A stretch of 64,000 nt of DNA from Octopus vulgaris (taxonomy: Eukaryota): the NCBI GenBank assembly GCA_951406725.2, contig OX597827.1:79546001-79610000 (forward strand), in the 5' to 3' direction. Each line of letters opens with the position of its first letter. Position 1 is the first letter of the stretch. Positions 38,968 through 52,987 of this stretch are shown in pieces. A program made the position numbers and the translations under genes. The notes under the pieces were generated by a model, which was not told where the DNA came from, made no database searches, and saw nothing but the letters and a program-made list of their open reading frames with translations.

Positions 38968-40635
38968 TATTGTAATTCATTATTACAATTCATAAATCCA
39001 TACATCTAAAATAAAATTTTAAAATATTAGCTTATTCACACAAATACATTTTAAAGTATTGCAGAATGTACTTATATAAAATCCTCCTTACTTTTCAGTC
39101 ATAATTAAGATTTCTAGAAATGTCTTAAATTTTTGATTGATAAATGAACTTGTTAATCTGGAGATATAGTCAAGGTAATGACCTGATTGATTTTTAAAAT
39201 TTTATTTTATCAGTCTCCACAGTTGCATGTTACCTGTTAGCTAAAGAAAAAGAAAATTCACAAAATGTCATAGCCACAAGCTCACATCAATATCCTTTAT
39301 TCTGAAAATTTAACTTAATACTATCTAAATTATAAAGTATAGTTTTCAACTGTTTTGTATAACGCAAATTATGTAAATGAGAATGAAGTATTGATTAATT
39401 TAATAAAACATAAGACAATATCAAAAAAAGTAAAAAATAAATTACTGAGATGCAAGTGTGATTATGACACAAAAACACAAATTGAACTGATATGAGTATC
39501 TTTATAACTAGATGATAAACTAAAGGTAAACATATTTTACTAAACTAAACTAAATATTTTACTAATAATGAGTTGTGCCTGTAAAAGTTTGGAGAGAAGA
39601 ATGATTTGAAAACTGAACCAACTCAGTATGGCAAGCGAATCTGTTTCTTCGATATATCTTATATGGGACTATTTTTATCATTAAAGAATGACGTTGTGTT
39701 TGATAGGTAGAATGATTAGAGCATCACCCAGTTTGCTATTTGTCACAGCTCTTGACATTCTGAGTTGAAATACCACCAATGTTAGCTTTGCTTTCCTTCC
39801 TTCTGGGGTCAATAAAATTTTACTTCACTAAAGTAAAACTTAATAAAGACCTACTCATTATATAAATATTTGCAATTTGTGATACATTTTTGCAAAACTA
39901 GTTCTGAAATAATTACCTTCTTTTTAAGTTTCATTCTCATATCTTACTTTTATGAATGAACTCATAAAAATGCATATTTTTAAAACATTCTAAAACTTTA
40001 GAGTTACCTCCCCTATTTTCTTCTACTATTGCTTTTATGGTGTATAAAAATTATTGAATATGTTCGATTGAACACTACACACTGTATTGGAATTTCTCAA
40101 TAGCTTTTAAGTGATGCAGCTCAGTGTTTATATAATCATTTTTCGTTTGTTTTCTTAATTCTATGATGAAATAGTGGCCTTTTTAATGATATCCCTTTTT
40201 TAACTGCTATCGAAATTAATATGAATTTCTTCATTTGAAACATATCCCTAAAATTATACCACATCATTTAGATTATTTTTGTTGTTAATCAAGTGCAATT
40301 ATTTATATTCAAGTACAGAATTGGCCAATTACGTTTTTTTTTTGTTCTGTTCTGCAATATGAGAAAGATTTTTAAAAAAGTTGTTTTTTTAATTTTTAGC
40401 CAGAAGGAAAAGTTTTGCCCATGTCCATTGCAGACCCCATTGTAACTGGTGAAATAGACATGGTTAATGTCCCTCAATTTAAGTCAATGGTTGCATAAAT
40501 TACACTGAGCTTCAGGGATATTTCCTCAATATTTTTTATCCATCTTGCTCCGAATAACTGAAAACTCATTTGATAACTTTTTTTTAAGGATTCACAGAGC
40601 ACAGCTCTTAAACATAATGCAATTATTAATGTTTC

Positions 40636-41062
40636 AGACTTTGGCACAAGGCCAGTAATTTCAGAGGAAGGAGGTAAGTTGATGTAATCAACCACCGTGG
40701 CCAATTGCTACTTATTTTGTCAATCCCAAAAGGATGAAATGTAGAGGTCAAACTCGGCAGAATTTGAACTCAGTTACAGAGGAAATGCTGCAAAGCATTT
40801 TGCCTGGCATGCTAATGGTTCTGCCAGCTCACCACCTTATGTTATTATTAATAATGGTTTCAAATTTTGGCACAGGGCCAGCAATTCTAGGGGATGGGTA
40901 AGTTGGCTACATTGATCTCAGTATTCAATACTTTTTTTAATGTCCCTGAAGGGAAGAAAGACAAAGTTAACCTTGGCAGAATTTGAATTTAGAATGTGAA
41001 AATGGATGAAATGCCACTAAGCATTTTGCCTGGTATGCTAACAATTCTGTCAGCTCCGTACC
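40636..41062 (-). mobile_element. Two tandem copies of the same SINE family
   Basis: Repeated GGCAC..GGCCAG..AATT...GGCAGAATTTGAA...GCATTTTGCCTGG..TGCTAA..CAGCTC unit. Confidence 0.8.
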
Positions 41063-41399
41063 TTATTGTAATTATTGATATTGAAATGACTTTGATGCAT
41101 AATGTGTATTTTATGTCTGTAGCATTTGGGAGATGGGTGAAGCTGTTATTAAAAGAGTGTTTTGATACAGCTCTGGTGATATAATTCCTTTCATTATAAA
41201 TGTTTTTGAACATGCAGTTACAGGATTTATATGGGTTATAATAGATAATAGTTATAAAATATGATCTCTCCTTACTTTTGTGGAAGAGGACTGACATTTT
41301 GAGTAATTTTGAGTCAACCATATTGCACTTTAAGAAAATGTACTTTAATGTAAAACACATACAAAATGTCCTAATACCATCAGAACACAGATGTTGTAC

Positions 41400-42317
41400 A
41401 AAATATCCAAGAAACAACCAATAAAATCCCCAATGGTTCGATCAGAGCCATTGCAATGGACCGTAAGCTTTCAAAATCACCATCAGAAGAGATGTGCATG
41501 AGGACATCCTGTACAAGTTGCATGTGACAAGTGAGAATTGTTCTATCCATGTGAAGTGTTTGTTGAATGAATTAAAACACCAAAAGGCTGGAATGTGAAA
41601 AAAAGGCTCCAATGAGAAAAACTTCAGTCTGGGCCAAAAGGGTAAACCAAAGGAATGTCACATAGTTATACAGATATCTGAATGATGTTCCAACAGTCAT
41701 GCGTAATAAATTCTCAGTAACTGTGATGGTTCTGGGAGTCGTCAGCAACAAGGAAAATGTCATGCATCCACGTATCTTTTCACAAGGCTTAAGAGACAAT
41801 GTTGCTGTCTACAGAGAGGTGTTGGAGAAAGTTGTGAGGCCCTGATTAGGCAGAGTATGCAATGGAAGACTGTATATCTTCCTACAGGACTCCGCATTGT
41901 CTCATAAGACTAGGACAACCCAAACATGAATGTATGCCAATCTCCATGATCATGTTCTCCCAGACACATGGCTTCCTGGCTCTCTAGACCTCAATCCATT
42001 GGACCATTACATGTGGGGCCAGTTGAGAGAGAAGTCAGTCAACATCTCCATAACACCATGCAATTTCTCAAGTCCAACATAACCAGCACTATGTCCAAAA
42101 TCGATCAAGGCCACCTGATTTGGGCATGTCAATGCTTCTGACTCCATATTGAAGCAACCATTAATGTTAACGGTGGATTCATAAAATAGATGTGATAAAA
42201 GGATTCTCAATATTATTTGTGCCAATTTATTTGCTAATACAGCTTTTCTTTGATAATCTATGCTTCTTTTCTAAATTCACACAAATGACCTAAAAAAAAC
42301 CCCGATGATCCAATATA
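41400..42317 (+). mobile_element. Degenerate Tc1/mariner-superfamily transposase fragment (DD37D/maT-like)
   Basis: Decayed MVLGVVS..., FLQDSALSHK..., W.PGSLDLNPLDHYMWG with stops. Confidence 0.7.
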
Positions 42318-43284
42318 AACATAAAACAACGATGTGAAGAAGATGATGGTTGTCTTTTCCAATTTATGGTTCTCATCAAAGTGATGTGAGGAAATAATGT
42401 TTAAACTAAGAATCATAACTAAAATGACAAAAATATAATGAAGAAAATTGATAGTAAACAATGGCTTCATATTTCTAATAGGGTTTTGTTAAGAAATCAA
42501 AGTATATTCTTCAAATTCCTAATTGGGTTGGGTATTTAAAGAATATACTTTGAGTTATATACTGTTTTATATACCTGATTTTGAATATTGATTTAAATTA
42601 CCATGCTAATATACAATATTTATTAAGCATGAAAAAAAGTGCTAAATTAAATATCAGTTATAAATTAATTACAGAAAGAACTGTAACTTGTAATCAAAAT
42701 GAATTTGTTGACTCATTGAAAAGAAAACATCTATATAGGGAATGAGAGTATAATTATTACATGAATATACAATATTATTTATGTATTTTACATCCTAAAA
42801 TTTTAAAGTGTTTTTTAACAAAATTTCTCAATATTATTCTGAACAAACATTTTGTAATTCAGTATATTATATTTTTGTATTTCAATATGCATGGTGCAAA
42901 TGTTGATTGCAGATAAAAATTAATTAAATGACTTCATTATTGTTACTATAATTGATACATATTAATGAGATAATTAAACATGTACTGAGAACCACTTAAA
43001 ATGGTAACACTTCATACAACTAATATTGAAAATAAATGATCAATTAAATTCTACTTGACAAACCAGAATTTTTGTGTAATGGTAACTGTAAAAAGGCATC
43101 TTTGTTATAGAAGTAGCTATACTACTATTCCAGTAGCTGCTCTTGATACTGGGGGAATTAATGTCTTTTTTCTTTTCTCCTTCTTTGTATATTTATTCTG
43201 TAGGTGCACAATTTTAACTGTTATCAAATACTTCTACTTCAATATATTATCTAAACAATTTATATGAAATTGTAATGTAAAGAA

Positions 43285-43430
43285 ACTCACCTATTTTGCT
43301 TAATCCTTTGTTCTTGTCCCTTAGAGAAGACATTCATCATGGCGTAGTGTTCCAGTGTAACTGCTGCTGTAATAATGCCACAATAGCAGTATCTTGGTTT
43401 GTAGATTTGTGAGTCATAGTTGGGTAGCAG
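43285..43430 (-). promoter_or_regulatory. Putative promoter and non-coding first exon of gene D
   Basis: TGACTCA at 43410-43416, same core, donor GTGAGT at 43290. Confidence 0.62.
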
Positions 43431-44525
43431 TTTCATGTTAGGGAATTCTATTTAACTTTGTATATTGTATATATATATTTAAAAATTACTTTTCATTATA
43501 AGATTGTTTTTGGTCTAAAGTGAAATATATTTTGGTCTATAACTGAATATAGCATATAATCATCAGATTGTGCCATATTCATAATTCTAAATTCACTCAC
43601 GCATATCTGTCTAAACATGTATATCTGTCTAAACATACACACATTCTTGTGATGCATAGTCCTTTTAATTTTTATCCTTAACAGCTATTTTCCAATAGTT
43701 CTTACAGTAATCATTGAATTACTAATAATTCATTTAAAATTTTAGGAAAACTGAAAAATTGCAGTAATTTTATCTGTTATTTTTATTTATTCATAATTTT
43801 AAAAGTAAATTTAAAATATCAACTAAAATTATAATACTCAAAATAAACTGGGACAAATATGGTAGCATGTTGGATTATATGCATTATAATATATTATGAT
43901 CAATCTGAAATCAGAATTTTCATGGGAAATCCAATTTATCTTCATCATTAAACTTCAATGTTTCAACCCATGTTCATGACCTGAATGGTTTGACAGGACT
44001 GCAATGGGGTCCACTATCCACTTTGGCATGATTTCTATGGCTGGATGCCTGTTCTAACACCAACCACTTTACAACATTTACTGGGTGCTTTTTTTCATGC
44101 CACCAGCACCAAAGAGCTCAGCATTTATCTTGCAAGAATATTATCTCCGAGAGAGGTAGCTTTATGCTAGTAGAGAAGGGAGTTAAAGTAGTAGAGTAGA
44201 ACATATTTCTTGTAGTAATTATCTATACAAGTACACCCATTGTATAAAAATGGCCTTAAAAAGGATCAATCAAATATTTGTGAGCATTTAGAATGATAAT
44301 GATTTTATTCACTTTACAGCTAAGGCATAGTCTCCATGTAAATAACTGCAAATAAATATTTTTAATATATAAAGTTTGATGAATTTATTTGCATCATGTG
44401 TTACTATGTTTGATGGTAAATGATATTTATCTTAATACTACTATTAGTAATGTTTGATGTTATATCTCAATGTAAATTAATAATTTCTATGATAAAGAAT
44501 CAAAATTTGGCTAATTTTGAGTTTG

Positions 44526-44614
44526 CTATTTCTTATATACAGGTTCTAGATATGTATCTTGTTCATGATCACTCTTTGGTGTAGGAGGTATGTTTGGTGT
44601 GTAGTTACTGTATT
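44526..44614 (-). CDS. Pcdh: Gene E terminal coding exon (EYSNYTPNIPPTPKSDHEQDTYLEPVYKK*)
   Basis: tttcag acceptor, 89 nt ending in TAG. Confidence 0.88.
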
Positions 44615-44698
44615 CTGAAACATACAGAAAAATACTTTAAAAATAGTTTTGAAAGGAAAATGTTTACACACACGCACACACACACATATATATAAAAA

Positions 44699-46758
44699 AT
44701 GGGGAAGGCCGGTTTATGGGATTACGTTAGGTTTCCCATCCATAAAGGGTTTAGCTTTATGGTGTATCATCAGATCAAAAAAAATGCCTTCATTACCATA
44801 AAAGATCATAAACCAAATTTTGCCTCAAACCCTAAATGCTGCCTGATCAATCTGGCCAAATCCAAGATTGGTCTGGTGACCAAGCACATATTGAAAGATA
44901 TCAATAATGACATAAGGAGGGCCACCAGCCTATCCTTGTGGTGCAACATCAATGAAGTGACCGCATGGTTTAACACCAACAAGGGAAGAGGCAGAGCAAG
45001 GTTTACCCAGTTTGATATAGTCGACTTTTATCTGTCTGTATCAAAAAGACTACTGGCCAAGAAGCTTTCTTTTACTAGGGGCTTCACTGACATCAGTGAC
45101 AGAGATATAAAAGTCATAATGCATGCCAGAAAGACAGTGCTGTTCAACAAAAGTTCAGCATGGGTCGAGCAATCCAACCCCACAGGCTCCTTTGATGCAG
45201 TAGTGGGAGCCTTCAATAGTGCTGATGTATGTGACCTCATTGGATTATATAACGTTGACACCCTTAGGAGAAAGTTCCCCTCTGTCCTCTTTGTATTCAA
45301 CAGAGATGATATTCCAGCCATCTCTAGGGGAGCAAATGGACATACACTAGACAGGCTGAGAAAAGATCTAATCAGCACATTTGCCTCCATGGGATAGAAA
45401 ATCACAATAGAAACCAACCTCACAACTGCAGACTTCTTAGATGTCACACTCGTCTTGGGCTCCAGTACATACAGGCCCTACTGCAAACCAAATGAGAAAC
45501 TAACATACATTAACACAGCCTCCTTCCACCCACTTATCATGTTCAAAAACCTGGGGAAGTGTGTTAGTAAGAGGATCACAAACCTTTCCTCCAATGAAGA
45601 GATTTTTGATACAGTGACCCCGCACTATAATGAGGCCCTAGCTGCCAGCAGATTTAGGGACTGCATCTCCTACATGCTGCAGAAAGAAGCACTGCAGAAA
45701 TACCATTTGGTTTGCCCTCACCCCCACTTCTCTCTCAACTCAATAACCCCATAGATAGTATAATCCTTAACTTATAAGCATTTCACTAGCTCCCACTGAT
45801 ACAGGCCCATTTTCAACAGGCACAACATTACAGTCTCATTTAGCTGTGCTCCCAATATTAAGAGCATCCTAGTTAGTGCCCCTAGGCCATGGGGAAGAGG
45901 CAGGATGTTCATGCCAAGACCACAACAGATGTCTGGTAGGAGACCACTGTGAAACCAAGGGGGGGGGGTCGTCTATGAAGCCAAAGTACTAGCAAACTCT
46001 GGCAATACCACAGGTAGAAGTAGTAGCAGCTGTAGATATGAGAACAGTACCAGCAACACCGCCACCATCACCACAGTTAACAACATTACCAGTAATAACA
46101 AAAGCAGCATTGGCTCAACAGCAACTTCGCCATCAGCAGCAGCATTACCAACAGCTTCCCTGACGTCCACAGTAGTAGACCCGACAACCCCTGTAGCAGC
46201 AGCAACAGATCCAGTGCCACCACCAGCAATCACAGCAATAATGACAATAATGGCAACAGCAGCAGCAATGACAGTGGCCCCAGCAGAAACACCAGCAGAA
46301 CCACAGCTAATGACACTGCTATCAGCAAAGGCAACTCTCCCACTAATGACGAGGACCACAATAACAACAACAGTACCTGCATCATAACTGGCAATGGCAA
46401 TACCATTACTGATGCCTCTACCACCACCTCCAGCAATGCCAACATGTTTATATTTCAGGAGGTATCTGCTAGCCTTTTGGAGCCCACAAGATGGTAGCAC
46501 AGCTGGAAGTCGATAGCCAATAGAAAAAGCTGATGATTCCCAATTGTTACTTTTGAGTAGAGAGGCATTTCCTCCTCCATATTTTTAAGAGGTTTTGGGC
46601 CAACAGGTTTTGGGATTTGATTATATGCCATAAAGCTATACCCTTTATGGACAGGAAATCTAAGGTAATCCCATAAACCAGCCATATCCATTCTTAATAT
46701 ATACTGCTCTACATCTTAGACTGTGCTTCTTCTTTTTGATTTATGTCTTTTACAGACA
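44699..46758 (+). mobile_element. Penelope-like retroelement (Naiad-like RT), degenerate, with an inverted terminal segment
   Basis: AFITIKDHKPNF..NPKC.LIN, QFDIVDFY, GAF.SADVCDLIGLY, NRDD, DFLDVT, SFSCAPN, C.C....C.....C..VVYEA. 44699-44776 is an inverted copy of 46614-46691. Sits among (CA)/(TA) tracts. Confidence 0.85.
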
Positions 46759-47039
46759 ATATATATATATATATATATATGAATATTAAAAAACCTACTT
46801 CATCAACCATATGTTCAAATTAAATAACCATTTGCTTCAACTTTAACATTTAATATATTTAACACTCAACTATTGTACTATGAATCCTTTTGATTAAAAT
46901 TTTTCTCACTAGTGAACTATTTAGAATCATAAAGAAACAATTTCATATTTTATTATAAAGTTGTTTATTTATGATACAACTGTGCCAATGCCTTTATAAG
47001 AATTCAACACTGTAAAAGTGATAATACTTGGCAAATTAC

Positions 47040-47196
47040 CTGATATTATTGAAGTTTGATGTGAAATATCTCCTTCACTCCATCCACGGTTGCGATCCTT
47101 TTGAGATGGTAATGTGTCACTTAGATTGTTTGATGTCACAATACTATTATTGTCGCCTTGTTCACATGACCCATCAGAAACTTGCTTATTATAGAT
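47040..47196 (-). CDS. Pcdh: Gene E cytoplasmic exon 1 (IYNKQVSDGSCEQGDNNSIVTSNNLSDTLPSQKDRNRGWSEGDISHQTSIIS)
   Basis: ttag|ATC...G|gtaatt; 157 nt (9 nt longer, frame preserved). Confidence 0.88.
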
Positions 47197-48226
47197 CTAA
47201 CATGAAAGTAACAAAAATTTACATTCACAATTTATATGCTTAGGTGTGTACATTTAAATTATCAATTTCATACATTTTTATTTTATAAAACATCTCTAAA
47301 TCAAGCTAAATAGATATATCAATAGATATAAATATGCAATATCATCTTCATAATTCATTAAATTTGAGATGGTTAAGAAGGGACATTAAAGAATAATACA
47401 GCTATTGGATCATATCATTTTTTGATAATAATTTAAATATTCAATTGAATGCAGAGTTTTGAAAATTATTTCACAAGGTAGAATATTATACTATTAAGCA
47501 TACATGTGCTTATTGTCATTGAGCCAAAGTCAAACCTTTCTGAGTAGACCTATGATCCATTCAAGCTGAAACCATACTGTCTTTTTAAAGGTTATCTTGG
47601 ACAACATCAGCCAGTGTGCCATTTGATTATTTCAGATAGTGGTTTTGGACTTCAGAGATATTTCTTTGTTATTTCTAGCAGATTAAGATATCCTAAATGG
47701 TGATTTGTTGAGGAATTTAGAATTTATCTTGAATCACAGAAAACTGGTTTGGATTGCAATTATTGATTACAAGGCTCAAATTTTATGGAAGAGGAAAAGT
47801 ATGGATCTCAATACTTAACTGTTACTTGATTTTATCACTCTAAAAGAATGAAAGTCAAAGTTGGCTTTTGCTGGGTTTGAACTCAGAACATAAAAAGCCA
47901 TCATATACTGTTTGGTTTTTCTCATATCAAATGATTTTGTCAACCCACAAGCAATTATTAGAATTATTCCTCTTCAAAATTCTAATTTTCAATTGATTAT
48001 GTTTTCAATGTGAATTTTAACACTAATATGTTCAGAAAGATTTTTTAAACATTGATGTAAGGCTATATAGTTTAGAATTCTGAGGTTCCTCAAGACTTGG
48101 AACTTGAAGATCTCAAAGAAAACAAATTATATAAAATCATTAGAAAAAAATACAATCTAAAAGGATAGATAAATAAAAAATTTAAATGTCATATATTACA
48201 GAGAGAAAAATTTGTGTGAACTATAC

Positions 48227-50637
48227 CTGAGGAGTAGGTGGTAGCCTCCTGGGTGTTGTTGAGAATTTCCATTCATTTATTGGTTGTTCTGTCTCTGTAT
48301 AATAAGGACTTTTGGGATTTATTGCTTGAAGATTTCTGGCAAATATGTCTTCTGCATTTCTAGTTATTGCAACAGGATTGTTAGTCTGATACAAGATTTG
48401 TCTCATTTCAGTCCTCGATAGAAATTTTGGATTATCTTTTTCTGCAGATGAATTATTGAAGTGATTAATACATTTGAAAACACACATTGTTATTGACACT
48501 ACAACAGCCACAGATAGTATTACAGCTGCTGCTACAATGATAATTATCCAAGTCATATTCCAGGTTGTTATCAGATTGTGAGTGGATAGCAGTCAACATT
48601 GGAGATGTATCGTTACTAACAAACAGTGTTAGTATGATAGCAGTTGTTGCTGATTGAACTGATGTACCACCGTCTTTCACTATAAACTGCAGCTCATATG
48701 TTCCTGCATCATTTTGGTAAACTGTGCGAGAGAAAGATAACACACCAGTGTGTGAATTCACTGTAAACAGGTTTTTATCATTGGATCTCAGTATTCCATA
48801 TGTGAGGAAAGCATTGTTTCCAGTGTCTTTGTCAGATGCTTTCAGAATTGTGATGTCCTTCTTACTGTGTGGATGGTAGTGGACATCGAGATTGTAAGGG
48901 TCATTATTAGGAAACGTAAAATAATGGAGCATTATCATTTTTATCTAGAATCTCTATAAGAATGTTAGCAGTGTTGTTCAGAGAAGGTGTTCCATTGTCT
49001 TTGACTAAAACTTGTAAATTATAAATGTCTTTAACTTCTCGATCTATTGGTTGTGATGTAGAAATAAATCCATATTTTGTCAGTTGGAATGGAATGTTAT
49101 CATTGTTGTTATCATTGATGATAGAATATGTAAGTTGGCCTCCATCTCCAAGATCAGGGTCTGTAGCATTGATGAAGCCAATAGGGAAGTCAACTTTCTG
49201 GTTTTCATAGGTGAGGAATTGGAATGTCTCTTTGGTAAAATGTGGTTCTACATCATTGACATCAGTTACTTTGACAGAGAACTGTTTCTTAGTCTTCAAT
49301 GGAGGTGATCCCATGTCATGACATACAATAGAAACAATATAATGATCTATAGTTTCTCTGTCCAGAGGTTCTTTCACCAATATTTTATATTCTTTAGAAC
49401 CCATATTTGAAAGCCGGAACATTTTATGATGAATATTACATTTTATTTGTCCATTAGGTCCACTATCAGTGTCAGTTACCATAACGTAAGCTATAAAACT
49501 CCCAATTTGACTTGCTTCTGAAATAGTTGTAGAGGTCTCTGTTAAAGGTGATACAAAATCTATGTTTATATTTGGGGCATTATTTTGATTGTTAATTACA
49601 TTAATAATCAACATTGCTGTCGAACTTAAGGGAGGTCTTCCTCTATCCATGGCTTGAATATATAGTTTATAAATTTGTCCCCTATCTTTGTAAAAGTTCT
49701 CGTTTAGGAAAATTTCTCCATTTGACATTAATTTAAAATTTTTTTCAGCATAAGAACTTGCCCTTTGATAGAAGTTATATGTAATATCTCCATTTTTACC
49801 TGAGTCTAAGTCTGTAGCTGATAAGATAAAAATTGGAGTAGATATGTGATGTGTATCACTAATAGAGATATTGTATATTTGTTGGGGAAACTGTGGCTGA
49901 TTATCATTAACATCTATAACAGATATTTCTATGTTCAATATACCTTCTTTTGGTGGAGAGCCTCTGTCTTTAGCCACCAACTGTAACTTATAAGTGTCTT
50001 TTAATTCTCTGTCTAACATTCCTTCTAGGGTTATTTTAAGTAAGTTTACTCCATCAAATCCTTTAAATGTGGATAGTGAGAATTTCTTACTTTTATCTTT
50101 CAGTTTATATGTGATGTTAGAATTGAGAAGACCAATGTCTTTATCAACAGCATTTGGTATTGATTTTGTTGATCCTTTCCCATCTGTTTCATAAAATTCT
50201 AATTTTATTTGATCTTCTAGAAACTTTGGTTGATGATCATTAATATCTTCTATAATTATTTTTATCGTTAATATTTTTATAAATGTTTCTACTTTCCTCA
50301 CTGCTACTTTGACAATTTTAAAACATTCTTTCATGTAAATACACAGGGACTCAGCATCCAGTGTCTGAGTAGTGTATAGTTTTCCTGTGTTGGTCACATT
50401 GAATAAGTGAGAGCCACTTGACACTTTCCTTTGCAGTTGTGTAAACGTAACAAGAGCGTGTTGCTGATGTGTGAGAGAACGTGACAAGTTAGAATCAACA
50501 GCAATGTCTCCTATATAGGCATGAGGACTCTCTTCTTCGTTGATATGGTAAACAATATTTGCAGAAATAACAACTGGCAGCTTTGTGTATGCAATGAACA
50601 ACATTAGTGTGTACATAGTCATTGTTGCGATCATCAT
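48227..50637 (-). pseudogene. Pcdh: Protocadherin gene E, large exon broken by two +1 frameshifts (pseudogene or, more likely, assembly error)
   Basis: Three overlapping ORFs (48907..50637, 48465..48938, 48221..48556) reconstruct a full paralog. Extra bases at ~48923 and ~48559. Splice sites and downstream exons are intact. Confidence 0.8.
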
Positions 50638-50734
50638 TGATCCTCAAATTTATCAGCACCTAGAAACAAGGAAAAGATGAATGCAATTATTATTATTATT
50701 TTTAATTTTCAAATGCAAATCATGTCCAGAATTG

Positions 50735-50932
50735 AGCCTAGGACATTTACTCCCCATGGACAATACCCCCACCCCACCACCACCATGACAATTACCCCTG
50801 AGGACAGCAGATGATGATTTAAAACTTCTTAATATATTGGAGAGGAGGTAATTAACCAAAGGGGGTAATTGTCCTAGGGGGTAGTTGTTGTCGAGGGGAA
50901 TTGTCCTATGGGGGGAGGGTAATTTTCCTGGT
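50735..50932. repeat. Small foldback element with GGACAATTACCCC / GGGGTAATTGTCC subrepeats
   Basis: Three to four C-rich units on the left and four G-rich reverse-complement units on the right. Confidence 0.7.
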
Positions 50933-51376
50933 ACGCCAGAATTATGTATTACCAGAGATTATTGCAAGAATATTTAATAACTGAAAAGTAATCCTACTAT
51001 TGCTATGGTTATGTGTCAGTATTAGTGCTGTTGGTTGTGAAAAAACTGCATATTTGTATTTATTTATTTATTCCACTTTACTAACATTGACAGTTAATGT
51101 CACCTTCCTGATATCAACATCCAATCACTACATTTCAGATGTTCATTTAATTGTAGTTTGGCAAAGTGAGTTAAAAAGATAATGACACTTATATTGACTA
51201 CAAAGATGAAATTTAACCACCAGTGAAATTTGAACTCTGGTTGTAGAGAGATGGAACTGGATACCAAACAAGATTTAGTTCTGCTCATTTATATGACATC
51301 AACTTTTAGTGTTTGACCTGTAAAGATTATATGAAGAGTTACTTCCCTGGAAATCCAGTCGAAAGGAAGAAAATAT

Positions 51377-51590
51377 TCTTTTCTATTCGAGGCACAATGT
51401 CCGAAATTTTGGGGGAGGAGGCCAATCGATTAGATCGACCCCAGTGTGCAACTGGTACTTGAATTATCGATCCCGAAAGGATGAAAGACAAAGTCGACCT
51501 CGGCGGAATTTGAACTCAGAACGTAAAAAAAAACGAAATACTGCTAAGTATTGCACTTGGCATGCTAACATTTCTGTCAGCTTGCCACCT
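51377..51590 (-). mobile_element. Young copy of the second SINE family (CpGs retained)
   Basis: GGATGAAAGACAAAGTCGACCTCGGCGGAATTTGAACTCAGAACG, homologous to 35765-35975. Confidence 0.82.
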
Positions 51591-51644
51591 TGTTGGATAT
51601 ACAGTTCCACTGTGCAACTGTATATATACACCTCCACTGTACAG

Positions 51645-51679
<35 letters not shown>

Positions 51680-52987
51680 GCTTATATGTATATATATATA
51701 TATATATAAAGGAGGAAAATATTGCTATGACAAATTAGTACATTTTATTAGAAATTTTTTTTTTCTGTTTAGGCTGATGTTATTTACAGATATTTAAGGA
51801 TAAGGTTTAACTTTTCTGTAAATTTGGTTTCATGGGAAATACAAACGTTTGTTACAAAACAAAATGTAGTTTGGTTGATAACAATGAAAAAAGCTTTTTA
51901 TAATTTTCCTTTAGTATAAAATTATACTGTATATTGTAGTATATTGTATATTGTATTATACTGTATGTTGTAGTATATTACAGTATATTGTATTTATGCA
52001 TATATCGTATAAGTAAGTACAAGTGGATATGCATATGTGTGCAGATAAACAATTGCTTATAATTTCACATGTAAGGAATTTATAATAATTATAATACAGA
52101 AATATACGTGATAAATTGAGTAGTTAAAATTAAAAATAAATTTCATTGTATGTTTAGAATCAGTAGATTTAATTCTTTATGGAATTTATAAATATGCCAG
52201 GTTGCCATTTTCCTTCTACTCATGTTAGTTAAGAGATAATGATATAGCATTAGCTATAGCAGAATTTCATTACAACAATGCTGTAAAATTTCAGAAGTAT
52301 AATTTCTCAATTATATATTTTTATGTGGTGACTATTTTTTAAAGTTAATTTTGATAGGAGATATTTTACTTAAAAATAAAGATACAAAATTTTCCTGAAT
52401 TTATATATTTATATTTTAAGAGAATAACACAAAATTATGAATAAATGTTTGTGATTGTCTTATATGTGTGTTATTATAAATTTCTGTATTTAAATTATAT
52501 GTGTCATAAATATATCTATTAAATTTTATGGGAAATTTAGTAATATGAATTTTTTCTCTGGTATGTTGGAAATCACCTTCATCTTCAATTGCAAAATAAT
52601 TTCAAAATTATCAGCATAAACCCTTTTGGCTTTTCACACACTAGAGTGATAAAGTTATAATTTCAAGCAAGCAGCTAATAAGTTGAAGCAGATATGTACA
52701 TTATATATCAACTAAACAAAAATAGCAGTATGTATAAAATATATTCTGCCAAACTATAGGAGATTATATAATTAGTTATTTCTTGTCATGTAAATTTATA
52801 ATTTGTTTGGTTTTGATTGCTATGTAAATATGTCATCCTTCTACATAAAATTGTATTGCAACTATTGTAGCAGCAACTCTCAGGAATGGTGGAAATGAAT
52901 GCGAGATTACACTGTGTTACATTTTGCTTAGAATATCAATTGTCATCTACCAAAATGGAATTAAATTGGAAATGTCAAGATAGGGAG

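Noticed and set aside
44699-45990. Selenocysteine recoding, as reported for some Naiad elements
   Set aside because: The Cys positions examined use TGT/TGC, and the ORF break is a TAG plus frameshifts, consistent with decay.
45973-46500. 175 aa hydrophobic ORF on the minus strand resembling a membrane protein
   Set aside because: Antisense reading of the low-complexity tract inside the Penelope-like element.
46525-46570. CTGATGA in the Penelope 3' region as a hammerhead
   Set aside because: No stem II closing onto a GAAA could be found downstream.
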